Both the position numbers and the translations under genes were made by a program. The notes beneath the pieces are model-generated. The model was not told the DNA's origin. It saw only the letters and a list, made by a program, of their open reading frames with translations, and ran no database searches. From contig CAZUFC010000001.1 in the NCBI GenBank assembly GCA_964619725.1, positions 64,001 to 128,000 on the forward strand: a DNA stretch of 64,000 bases, in the 5' to 3' direction. Below are positions 39,323 to 48,503 of the stretch, one piece after another. Each line of letters opens with the position of its first letter. Position 1 is the first letter of the stretch. The DNA comes from an uncultured bacterium (GTDB lineage Bacteria; CSSED10-310; CAZUFC01).

Positions 39323-40220
39323 TCCGCCCAAAAAAAATAAGCAACCGTCAAAAGCGCTCGTAATAATCAACAGAAAAAGCAAGAACGGGAAAAAAATAGA
39401 TGCCGGTATCATTCGCTCACACTTTAAAAATAACAATATCGAGCCTCACATCGAGGATAGCGAAGAGCCTTCTCAGATACCCGGCATGATCGAGCAAAAA
39501 GCGTCGGGATTCAACATTATTGTTCTAGCGGGAGGCGACGGAACGCTTAACAGGGCATCAAGAGCTCTGGTAAAGGCCGGATTGCCGCTGGGGCTCATTC
39601 CATCGGGAACGGCCAACGACCTGGCTCGAACCCTGGGTATCCCTTCTGATGTCGAAAAAGCGTGTGAAATAATAGTGAACCGGAAAGTTCATACGATTGA
39701 TGTGGGTTCAGTGAATGATAAACTGTTTTTTAACATTGCCCATGTCGGACTCGGAACCAAAATTCTGGAAATCGCCGCTGAAAAGAAAAAAAAGTGGGGA
39801 ATTTTAAGCTACTTCTATTTTCTTTCCAAAGCGTTTGGAAAAACAAAGAAGTTCAGGTTAAAAGCTCTGTATGACGATAACGAGGAAGAACTCGATTCAA
39901 TCCAATTCTCAGTGGCCAACGGCAGATACTTCGCCCGTATTTTCCCCATCGATCAGTCTGCAAAAATAGACGATAATAAACTCCAGGCCGTCAATATTGC
40001 TCCCCACAGCTTAAAGGAACTTATTTTCAAATCTCCTTACTACTTCCTGGCCGACTACCAGAATCTGGAAAAACTGCACCGCATAGAAACGAAAAAGATA
40101 GAAATAACGACCGATAAACAACTTTCAATTGCAGCAGACGGAGAAATTATCGCCGAAACACCTGCAGAATTCAGAGTTCTGCCCAGAATAATCACTATTT
40201 TCATACCGGAAGATTATTAG
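39312..40220 (+). CDS. YegS/BmrU diacylglycerol-kinase family lipid kinase
   Basis: 'AGGDGT', 'PSGTANDLAR', 'ADGE'. Confidence 0.88.
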   Translation: MSGDPPKKNKQPSKALVIINRKSKNGKKIDAGIIRSHFKNNNIEPHIEDSEEPSQIPGMIEQKASGFNIIVLAGGDGTLNRASRALVKAGLPLGLIPSGTANDLARTLGIPSDVEKACEIIVNRKVHTIDVGSVNDKLFFNIAHVGLGTKILEIAAEKKKKWGILSYFYFLSKAFGKTKKFRLKALYDDNEEELDSIQFSVANGRYFARIFPIDQSAKIDDNKLQAVNIAPHSLKELIFKSPYYFLADYQNLEKLHRIETKKIEITTDKQLSIAADGEIIAETPAEFRVLPRIITIFIPEDY

Positions 40221-40240
40221 AATCAATAATTTAAACAGAG

Positions 40241-40693
40241 GTGAATAAAATTATGAGAGATGAAAAAACCGTTGCATTGGATAACGTTGTAATAAACTGC
40301 CGAATTGCAGCGGATCAGTATGATACTGCCGTATCGATCCTGGAGAATAAATATTTTGTCGAAAAGTTTAAAGAATTGTCGAAGGCAAGAAAACTAGTTG
40401 CCGGGAAAGTGGAGGAGCAAATCAGGGAGATGGGTTTCCTGCCTATGGATACCGACCCTGACCGCCAGGCGCTCAGAGAACTGATAACATGGGTAAAATC
40501 TCTGACTGCCTCAGACGAACGGCTTGCTTTGCTTGAAAAATTCGAAAGCATTGAAAAAGACATACAGAAGTCGATAGAAGAGGCTTACCAAAAAGATATT
40601 CCCAAAGAATCCAGGAAGACGCTCGACGAACTGAACCGGGAAATTGAAGAAACCAGAAATTGGATGAAAAAAACAAAAGAGGGCCTGGACTGA
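40241..40693 (+). CDS. DUF2383-like ferritin-fold protein
   Basis: Four-helix pattern with 'LSKARK...VEEQIREMG..P'. Confidence 0.5.
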   Translation: MNKIMRDEKTVALDNVVINCRIAADQYDTAVSILENKYFVEKFKELSKARKLVAGKVEEQIREMGFLPMDTDPDRQALRELITWVKSLTASDERLALLEKFESIEKDIQKSIEEAYQKDIPKESRKTLDELNREIEETRNWMKKTKEGLD

Positions 40694-40759
40694 ACAAAGA
40701 GCGTAAAAAGCCGGACAAAACCAAAAGCAGATTCAATGCGACCGCCGAACAATTCCTTT

Positions 40760-42847
40760 TCAAGCCGCTTTATCAATATTTTCGAGAATGTTTTTTAATC
40801 TCAAGAGCAGGATGTCTTCTCTTACGGGTTTTTTAATATAATCCACGGCTCCCATATTGAGACCTTTGTATTCATCTTCCGGGTCTATTCTCGCTGTCAG
40901 AAAGGCTACAGGAGTTTTTATCGCTTTCTGGTTCATTATTTCCAGGAGTTTGAAGCCGTTCATATTGGGCATATTGACGTCCGCCAGGACCAGGTCGAAT
41001 TGTTTCCGGCATAAATGCAGGAGCGCATCCAGACCGTCAGTCGCTTCTACTGTCCTGTAATTATGCTTATTGAGGACGTGACGGATCAGTTTTTGTGAAT
41101 CAAGGTCATCTTCAGCGACAAGTATTACCGGTTTCCGGTCGGAAGATTGTTTGCTTTGTGCACTTGTTTGTTCTTCACTGACGAAATTATTAATAGTGCC
41201 GGGTCGGTTTTCTTCAGCTAAAATTTTGTTATATACCTCTTCCGGCGAAAAGATAAAATCTTTTATTTTAAGCAAGGCATGATGATACAAAAGGAAATCG
41301 CCTCTTTTTCCCAAAGCGTTTCTGATTCGGGAAGGCGAAGTTCCATTTTTTATCATATCTTTTAATTCATCGTCGAATTCGATTATTTCACAGATGCCTT
41401 CCATTCCATAATAGCCGGTATTGTTGCATTTAGGGCATCCTGCGGGATAGGCGGCCTTATCGGGGATGTTTTTATAATAGGCTGAGAGCATTTTTTTATC
41501 CCGATCCTGCAGAGGACGGATTCGTTTGCAATGAGGGCACAATTTTTTCAGTATTCTTTGCGCTGCAGTCACCAGCATATTATCGGCAATGGAATTGAGG
41601 GGCACGCCCATCTTTTCCAGGCGGAACAGCGCCGTAGTGGAATTGGAAGTATTCAGCGCCGTAAGAACGAGTCGGCCTGAAGAAGCATAGTGAAACGCGC
41701 TTTGGGCGGTGAAAGCATCTTTAACTTCTCCGATGAAGAGGATATCCGGTTGTTGTTTAACGGCCGAGTCGAGGAGGAATTCAACCGTATTTCCCGCAGC
41801 ATTGTCGACTTCCATCTGGTTGGCGAAGGGAACATAGTATTCGATGGGGTCTTCGACTGTAATCAGGCTTCGGGATATGCAATCTATTTGCGATAAAAGG
41901 CTGTAAAGGAGGGCGCTTTTGCCGCTGTCGGCAGGACCGGCCACCAGGATCAGGCCGCTTTCCGCTCTGCGATCTCCGTCATCCGTAATTTTCAGCAACA
42001 ACTTTTTTTGTTCCTCGGTCATCCCCAGCTCATCCAGTGTACGGGTTTTACCGTGCGCATCCAGCAACCGTATGAAAAGGTTTTCGCCGTTGGGAGTTGA
42101 TGAGGCAGACAATTTAATCTTGTAGTTTTTATTGTTTATCGCAGAGGTATAGGTCCCTTCCTGCGGTCTGCCGCCTTCCCCTGTGTCCATACCGCTCTGC
42201 GTCTTGAATCGGTTTATAATGCGGGTCGCCATGTCGTTCTCCAACCTTCGGTAAATTTGCATATCGCCGTCGATCCTCAGACTGACCAGGGTTTCCGATT
42301 CCTTGCGTTGGACATGGATCGCATCGGCTCTTCTTTTGACTGCGTCGGATAAAAATTCATCAGCGAGCCTACCGACCGTTTCAATTTTATCCCGGAAATC
42401 GCTTTTCCAATCTTTTTGACCGGTAAGGAGTTTTTTCAAACCTCCGCTTTTATTTTCCGCTTTTTCATTCAACAGGCGAACTTCGGATTCATTATCATCC
42501 TTGTCGGCTTCGGAGGTATTGCAGTATATGACATGTAAATTGTCCATGTAACGGTCAAAAGCTTCGATCCATTTTTGTACGAGATGAGATGTTCTGTTTT
42601 TTGCGGCCCATTCCAGTCTTTCGCCGATCCTTGCTATCTGAAAAAAGCCGTATCCGCCCGCCGAACCTTTAATCTTGTGTCCTATCAGACGAATGCTTTC
42701 AAAGTCGTTCTGTTTCAGCGAGTCCTTAAGGAAATCGATCTCTTTTTTTTTGTTTTCCAGGAAACCGGGGATGAGTTCGCGAAGTTCCCGGTCGATTTTC
42801 ACTACGCAATTTGCAATATGCGGTTCATTATTACTGTTGACGGACAT
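40760..42847 (-). CDS. Hpt - GspE/PilB-type ATPase - receiver (REC) fusion protein
   Basis: Hpt 'IGHKIKGSAGGYG'; 'LRIDG', Walker A 'GPADSGKS', 'ITVEDPIEY', 'PDILFIGE', CPHC/CPKC; REC 'EDD...DVNMP...LTA...KP'. Confidence 0.85.
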   Translation of the reverse strand: MSVNSNNEPHIANCVVKIDRELRELIPGFLENKKKEIDFLKDSLKQNDFESIRLIGHKIKGSAGGYGFFQIARIGERLEWAAKNRTSHLVQKWIEAFDRYMDNLHVIYCNTSEADKDDNESEVRLLNEKAENKSGGLKKLLTGQKDWKSDFRDKIETVGRLADEFLSDAVKRRADAIHVQRKESETLVSLRIDGDMQIYRRLENDMATRIINRFKTQSGMDTGEGGRPQEGTYTSAINNKNYKIKLSASSTPNGENLFIRLLDAHGKTRTLDELGMTEEQKKLLLKITDDGDRRAESGLILVAGPADSGKSALLYSLLSQIDCISRSLITVEDPIEYYVPFANQMEVDNAAGNTVEFLLDSAVKQQPDILFIGEVKDAFTAQSAFHYASSGRLVLTALNTSNSTTALFRLEKMGVPLNSIADNMLVTAAQRILKKLCPHCKRIRPLQDRDKKMLSAYYKNIPDKAAYPAGCPKCNNTGYYGMEGICEIIEFDDELKDMIKNGTSPSRIRNALGKRGDFLLYHHALLKIKDFIFSPEEVYNKILAEENRPGTINNFVSEEQTSAQSKQSSDRKPVILVAEDDLDSQKLIRHVLNKHNYRTVEATDGLDALLHLCRKQFDLVLADVNMPNMNGFKLLEIMNQKAIKTPVAFLTARIDPEDEYKGLNMGAVDYIKKPVREDILLLRLKNILENIDKAA

Positions 42848-42916
42848 TTATATCTCCTTTTTTAAGATCGAAAAGCCATATACCTTTTTCACAATTCCAT
42901 TTTACTTGTTTCATGT

Positions 42917-44998
42917 CTATCCTGCTTTTTCGAGCTCCTCATCATTGTGCAGCGATTGATAATTAAGAATAGTATTCAATAAAACGCTTTTTTTAATGGG
43001 TTTGGTCACATGAGCATCGCAGCCTGCCTCAGCGCATTTGCCGGCATCTTCAGCGAACGCGTAGGCGGTCAAAGCGACTATGGGCGTCGCAGCCAGTCCC
43101 CGGTCTTTTTCCAGGCATCTGATTTCCCTGGTGGCATCATAGCCGTTCATGACCGGCATCTCTATGTCCATTAAGATTATATCATAATCGTTCCGATTGA
43201 ATTTTTCTACAGCTTCTTTGCCGTTTTCGGCCATATCCAGGTGAAAATTCGTCTTTTTAAGATACATTTCTATCAGTCGCCTGTTGTCTATTGAATCTTC
43301 CACGAGAAGTATGTTCAATGGTGGAATACGGGTATCAGTTCTATACTCACAGGTTTTCTTTGGAGGTGAACTTTTTTGATCCCCCATCTTCATTTCGGAA
43401 GAATGGTTTAAAGCTTTGAACAGGGCGGAGATGCCGACGGGTTTTTGCAGGAGGTTTGGCCTTTTATCTTTGCCGGAGAGTTCGAGGTTCAGCGCGTTTG
43501 TATTATTAAGCATCAGCGGAAGGGTCACGATAACAGCCGAATCATGCGGACACAGGCGTCTTATTTCCCTGTATTGATCACCGCCGCAGTCTTCCAGAAG
43601 CAGTTCCGCTGCGCATATTATGACTTGGAAGGGCTGATTGAACATGCGTCCCCTTTCAATTTCATCCAGGGCGTCATAAATATTATGAGCCGGGACCACC
43701 TTCGCCTCCATGCGACTCAGCATATCTTTCAGATGACCAAGGCTTTTTTCGTCCTGATCAGCAACCAGGATTCGTTTGCCTTTCATGTCCAAAGGTAAAT
43801 AATCCTGGTCCGTCTTATCGGGTCGAACGATCTTCATGGGCGCAGTGAATTGAAAACGACTGCCGGCGCCGGGAGCGCTTTCGACCCAGATTCTGCCGCC
43901 CATCAATTCCACCAGGCTTTTCGTGATCGCCAATCCCAGGCCCGTTCCCCCGAACCTCCGCGTTATCGACTCATCCGCCTGGGTAAAGGATTCGAATATG
44001 CCCTGTTGCTCCTCTTCAGGAATGCCTATCCCCGTATCTTCAACGCAAATTTTTATTTCCGTTTTATCGCCGTGGGATTCACAAAGCTCCGTCGTCTCAT
44101 CTGCTTTTTCCAGATAAACCCTGACCTCGCCGGCTTCCGTGAATTTGACGGCATTACCGATGAGATTGATAAGAATCTGCTTAAGCCGGTCGGGATCGCC
44201 AAAAACCTTTACCGGCCATAATTCGGGATCAGTTCTTATAAAAAAGCCGATATTTTTACGGGCAGCCTCCTGCGCCATAGTTACGCATGTTTGCTCAACC
44301 AGTTCAACCAGGTTGAATTTGCAAGCGCTCAGCTTCAATTCCCCTGCTTCCACTTTAGACAGATCGAGTATCTCATTGATGAGATTCAAAAGATGGCATC
44401 CTGAATTCTGAAGCATGGAGAGGTATTCCCGCTGTCTGTCGTTCAAATTCGTTTCCTCCAACTGGTCGACCATGCCGAGTATTATATTAAGGGGAGTCCG
44501 TATTTCATGACTCATACGGGCCAGGAACTGCGATTTAGCCCTGTTGGAGGTTTCTGCGGCTTCTTTGGCTTCCTTCAGCTCGCCGGTAAAAGATTCCAGA
44601 TGTTTCAACAGCTCAGCCCGTTGGATGGCGTACCGGATGGAACGTTCAAGCACGGATGCATCTATTTTGTCCTTCACCAGGTAATCGCATGCGCCGGCTT
44701 TCATTGAACGTATATCCGTTTCATGGTCGCTCATTCCCGTAAGCATTATCATGGGCGTTTTACAGCCGTTCCGGACTGCCTGTTTTATCAATTCCAGACC
44801 GGTACGACTGCCGAGCGAATAATCGATCAGGCAAACGTCATAAGGACCTGCAAGCAGTCTGCTCAGGCCTTCCGTAAAATTCGGAGCCCAATCCAGGGAA
44901 TAATTCGATTGTTTAATGTCGGAGATGACGTCGCATGTTATTATATAATCGTCTTCATCATCTTCTATCAGCAGTATTCTGATCGTTTCATCGGTCAT
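42917..44998 (-). CDS. Hybrid histidine kinase (REC-HisKA-HATPase-degenerate REC-REC), no Hpt
   Basis: 'FLARMSHEIRTPL', 'NLIGNAVKFT', 'DTGIG', 'GGTGLGL'; terminal REC 'MDIEMP'. Confidence 0.92.
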   Translation of the reverse strand: MTDETIRILLIEDDEDDYIITCDVISDIKQSNYSLDWAPNFTEGLSRLLAGPYDVCLIDYSLGSRTGLELIKQAVRNGCKTPMIMLTGMSDHETDIRSMKAGACDYLVKDKIDASVLERSIRYAIQRAELLKHLESFTGELKEAKEAAETSNRAKSQFLARMSHEIRTPLNIILGMVDQLEETNLNDRQREYLSMLQNSGCHLLNLINEILDLSKVEAGELKLSACKFNLVELVEQTCVTMAQEAARKNIGFFIRTDPELWPVKVFGDPDRLKQILINLIGNAVKFTEAGEVRVYLEKADETTELCESHGDKTEIKICVEDTGIGIPEEEQQGIFESFTQADESITRRFGGTGLGLAITKSLVELMGGRIWVESAPGAGSRFQFTAPMKIVRPDKTDQDYLPLDMKGKRILVADQDEKSLGHLKDMLSRMEAKVVPAHNIYDALDEIERGRMFNQPFQVIICAAELLLEDCGGDQYREIRRLCPHDSAVIVTLPLMLNNTNALNLELSGKDKRPNLLQKPVGISALFKALNHSSEMKMGDQKSSPPKKTCEYRTDTRIPPLNILLVEDSIDNRRLIEMYLKKTNFHLDMAENGKEAVEKFNRNDYDIILMDIEMPVMNGYDATREIRCLEKDRGLAATPIVALTAYAFAEDAGKCAEAGCDAHVTKPIKKSVLLNTILNYQSLHNDEELEKAG

Positions 44999-45467
44999 GC
45001 CGGCATTCCTTTTCCTCTTTCACAGGCAACAGCACTATTTCAAACCAGTATTTTCCGAAAGCGCCTATCAGTTCCACCAGTTCTTTGAAACTGACCGGTT
45101 TATTAATGAAGGAATTGACGCCCAGGTTATAGGACCTGATAATGTCCTCGTCCGATCTGGATGACGTGAATATGATGACGGGAATACTGCACAACTGCCG
45201 GTCGGTTTTAATTTCCTGCAACGCTTCGAAGCCGTCTTTCTTGGGCATATTGACGTCCAGTATAATCAAATCAGGTCTCGGCAATTGTCCGAATCCGGAA
45301 AACCGGCCTGTTCCATTCAGATAATCCATCAGCTCCTGTCCGTTATAAACGAATCTCAGGTCATAGGCCATGTGATTCTCTTCAAACGCCTCTTCGACCA
45401 TAAGCCGGTCGTCCGGATCGTCGTCCGCCATAAGTATGATCAACGATTTCGATTTGTCATTCATCAA
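44988..45467 (-). CDS. Single-domain response regulator, Rcp1-like
   Basis: 'ADDDPDD', 'PDLIILDVNMPKKDG', 'SYNLGVNSFINKPV'. Confidence 0.9.
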   Translation of the reverse strand: MMNDKSKSLIILMADDDPDDRLMVEEAFEENHMAYDLRFVYNGQELMDYLNGTGRFSGFGQLPRPDLIILDVNMPKKDGFEALQEIKTDRQLCSIPVIIFTSSRSDEDIIRSYNLGVNSFINKPVSFKELVELIGAFGKYWFEIVLLPVKEEKECRHDR

Positions 45468-47076
45468 CTCGCTTCCTCTTTATCTGTTTCACCGGTAAAG
45501 TAATCTCAAACAAAGCCCCCTGGCCGGGCTCGCTTTTTGCCGTTATGCCCCCGCCGTGGTATTTCACTATCTTTTTACAAAGCGCCAACCCTATCCCGCT
45601 CCCGTTATATTCGCTCCTCCCGTGCAACCGCTGAAAAATCGTGAATATCCGCTCGGCATATTGTGCATCGAATCCGATGCCGTTGTCCTCCACGGTTATA
45701 ATGCAGAATTCGCCGAACCCCGGCGCTGAGCAACCGGGAGGCTCCTGTTCGGATATGCGTCCGGTTATTTTTACATACGGGCTTATGCCGGGTTTCTGAA
45801 ACTTGAGTGCATTCCCCGTTAAATTCTGCAGAAGGACTTTCATTTGCGTACGGTTCGCCTCTATGACGGGCAATCCCGAATATTCTATCCGGGCGCCGGA
45901 TTCTTTTATCTTGACTTCAAGATCAGAGATGACTTCCTCCACCACGTTTCGAAGATCGACTTCATTGAAATCAGGGGCTCTTCTCGTTACACGGGAAAAC
46001 TGCAGCAGATCATTGATCAGGCTCTGCAGCCGGCTCGCCGCATTACGCATTCTCTTTAAATAATCCAAACCTTTTTCATCCAGCGAACCAGCATATTTCT
46101 GACCCAGCCGCTCGCCGAAAACCTGTATCTTACGCAACGGTTCCTGGAGATCGTGTGACGCAGCGTAAGCGAATTGTTCCAGTTCAGCGTTGGACCGCAC
46201 AAGAGATTCATTCAATCGCTTGAGTTCCTCTTCCGCGGCTTTACGGTCTGAAATATCCATCAGGTTCGTCACTATGCCGATAAGTTCGCCGTCCTGCCCC
46301 TCAAGCCTGGACGCAGTCAGAATAAAAGGTATTGATTTTTCTCCCCGAGCCTGGAGAGTCACCTCAAATTCCACCGTTTTCTTGCCGTTCTGTATCTGAC
46401 GCAAGGGACATTCATCCGTCTCACAGAGTCGGTTTTCTATTATTTCCCGGCACCGGCGGTCGCCCGGATGACCGCGGCGTATTCCCAAAAGCTCCACCAC
46501 CTTATCGTTCAGACGGAGGACTCGAAAATCCCTGTTGATCACAAGCATCCCATGCGAGGTCGTGTTGAGTATCTGGTCCAGTTGGGTATAAGCCATCGCC
46601 AAAGCTTTTTCGGCTCTTCTCCGGGATGATATGTCTTCATACGTTCCCAGTATGCCGATAACCCGACCTTTGTCGTCCACCATAGGGACTCTGTTCACCT
46701 GGTACCATCTCTTCTCACCGTTTTCCAGAAGACGCGGCTCAATTAAATTAATCTCCGCCTCATTGTCCTCCATGACGCGGTTCTCACACGCATGAAAATA
46801 TTCCGCCTGACGTTCAGACCAGGGAAGGTCTTCATCCCTCTTGCCGACGATCTCTTCTGCATTATGAAACCCCAGCTCGCGTGCAAAATTCATATTACAG
46901 CCCAGATACCTCCCTGTCCTGTCTTTCCAGAAAACGCTCTGAACAATGTTTTCAATAACAAGATTCAACAACTGGTGCGGCGATTGAATTTTTGCCAATG
47001 CCGCTTTATAGGCGCCGGATTTTCCGGCTTTGGTTTCATACTCGCTGTGGTCTTTGTTTGGTACGCTGACTTTCAT
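45457..47076 (-). CDS. Cytoplasmic PAS-PAS histidine kinase (Cph1-like kinase module)
   Basis: PAS 'VFWKDRTGRYLGCN'; 'LEQFAYAASHDLQEPLRKI'; 'FQRLH...GSGIGLA'; no TM seen. Confidence 0.92.
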   Translation of the reverse strand: MKVSVPNKDHSEYETKAGKSGAYKAALAKIQSPHQLLNLVIENIVQSVFWKDRTGRYLGCNMNFARELGFHNAEEIVGKRDEDLPWSERQAEYFHACENRVMEDNEAEINLIEPRLLENGEKRWYQVNRVPMVDDKGRVIGILGTYEDISSRRRAEKALAMAYTQLDQILNTTSHGMLVINRDFRVLRLNDKVVELLGIRRGHPGDRRCREIIENRLCETDECPLRQIQNGKKTVEFEVTLQARGEKSIPFILTASRLEGQDGELIGIVTNLMDISDRKAAEEELKRLNESLVRSNAELEQFAYAASHDLQEPLRKIQVFGERLGQKYAGSLDEKGLDYLKRMRNAASRLQSLINDLLQFSRVTRRAPDFNEVDLRNVVEEVISDLEVKIKESGARIEYSGLPVIEANRTQMKVLLQNLTGNALKFQKPGISPYVKITGRISEQEPPGCSAPGFGEFCIITVEDNGIGFDAQYAERIFTIFQRLHGRSEYNGSGIGLALCKKIVKYHGGGITAKSEPGQGALFEITLPVKQIKRKRVDE

Positions 47077-47509
47077 TTTTCCGTGTCTTCAAGAAAAAAA
47101 TAATCGGAATAAAGGCAATCCAGCCCGCCATGCCGGGCAAAAACGGATTAGTAAGGATCAGCCGCTTTACCGAAAATAGATTCAATCCGGCAGACTTCTA
47201 TGGATTGACTGATAAAAAAAAGAAATTATATTTTGCGAATGCAGATTGGAATAGCTTCTCCCCCCAGGTTCCCACTCCTGTCAAAGATTAAGTATAAGAA
47301 AAACATCAGACATGTCAATTTTTTGGCGGCCGATGACTGCAGAGCAACAATTTCTGCGCTGCCGGCATTGCTTGCCGGCGTATGTCCAGCTTTAAATTTT
47401 GAATTGAGGTTCGAGTTTGTAGACGGACGCTTGCTAATGAAGCCGTGCATTACCTGGCGAAATCCAAAACCGGCGGGCCGGAATCTGCGCTTATATAGAT
47501 TAAAATTTT

Positions 47510-47665
47510 GGGACTGATCAAACCGGGGTGACGCTTCTTGCAAAACTTTCGGCGGTTTGTTTCATTAATCGGGGTCGGTATCGTGGTCGGTATCGCAATC
47601 TCAACAAAACGAATGGATATTCTGTAGGATTGTAACCTCAAAGGATGCATTTTTGATCAATGCCC
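47510..47665. mobile_element. MITE-like element (family B), full-length copy
   Basis: gggactgatcaaa ... tttgatcaatgccc terminal inverted repeats; reverse-complement homologue at ~52140-52283. Confidence 0.75.
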
Positions 47666-47869
47666 AATAAATTGTCCGGCGTACTCAATAACCCTTGCGG
47701 TTTCCAAAATTTTCTTCCGAATTGTCACTGCAATAAATTCACTAATGACTTGGATGCTAACCACAATATCATGAGACAATAACAAATCTTCAGCAATTTC
47801 TCTCTTACTGCGATCATCCGCCACTGAGTATACCAGTATATTTGTATCGATGAAAATACTATCGTTCAT
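47657..47869 (-). pseudogene. vapC: Truncated PIN/VapC toxin
   Basis: 'IFIDTNILVY' and 'SIQVISEF' PIN motifs but only 70 aa; stop codon lies inside the MITE terminal repeat. Confidence 0.75.
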
Positions 47870-48104
47870 GAAGTTCTTCCCGGTTGAATCGGTAATGCTC
47901 CGGCAGCTTACCGTCTGCTTCCTGAAAGATTTTTGTTAGAATCTGCTGTTTTTGCTTTCGGGATTGCTCGTATTTCCCCAAATATTTGAAGACTAAAAAT
48001 TCATAGAATGTAGCCAATTCGCGTTGAGCAGCCTCAGGCAGCTTCCCGACGTCAATGTTCTGATTCAATGTTTTCAAATACCGGGTGAGGTTGTTCTTAA
48101 TCAT
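47859..48104 (-). CDS. Putative antitoxin (DUF2281-like)
   Basis: ggagg RBS before ATG 48104; 'LPEAAQRELATFYEFL', ends 'FNREELHER'; overlaps the PIN start. Confidence 0.65.
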   Translation of the reverse strand: MIKNNLTRYLKTLNQNIDVGKLPEAAQRELATFYEFLVFKYLGKYEQSRKQKQQILTKIFQEADGKLPEHYRFNREELHER

Positions 48105-48503
48105 TATTCCTCCGCCCTCTTGATTTAAACTTTCAAGGCATTTGTCCGCTATCAAAAAATCTCGCAAATAAGACATCAACCATCAAGAGTTTTCCTCCCA
48201 CTTGCCTTGTCCCCCTTTACCCATAATACTATAGAACTTTCAAAAGTAAAAATCAACGTCTGCAACAGAAAACGAACCGCCTTTTGAATAAGAAAAGCGC
48301 TGCCTTCAGTCTAACACATCATCGGGCGCGTGATCGATTGTTTTTCCCCCATACTCTATACAAACAGAAAACAGTGAAACACTATGCCGCATTGCATCTC
48401 GACCAGGTTCCCGCCCTGCTGAGCACAAACACGACGTACGATGGGACAGGAACGCTGCCGGCGCAGTGAGAAGATCATGAACTGATAACGTATTAATGAT
48501 ATT

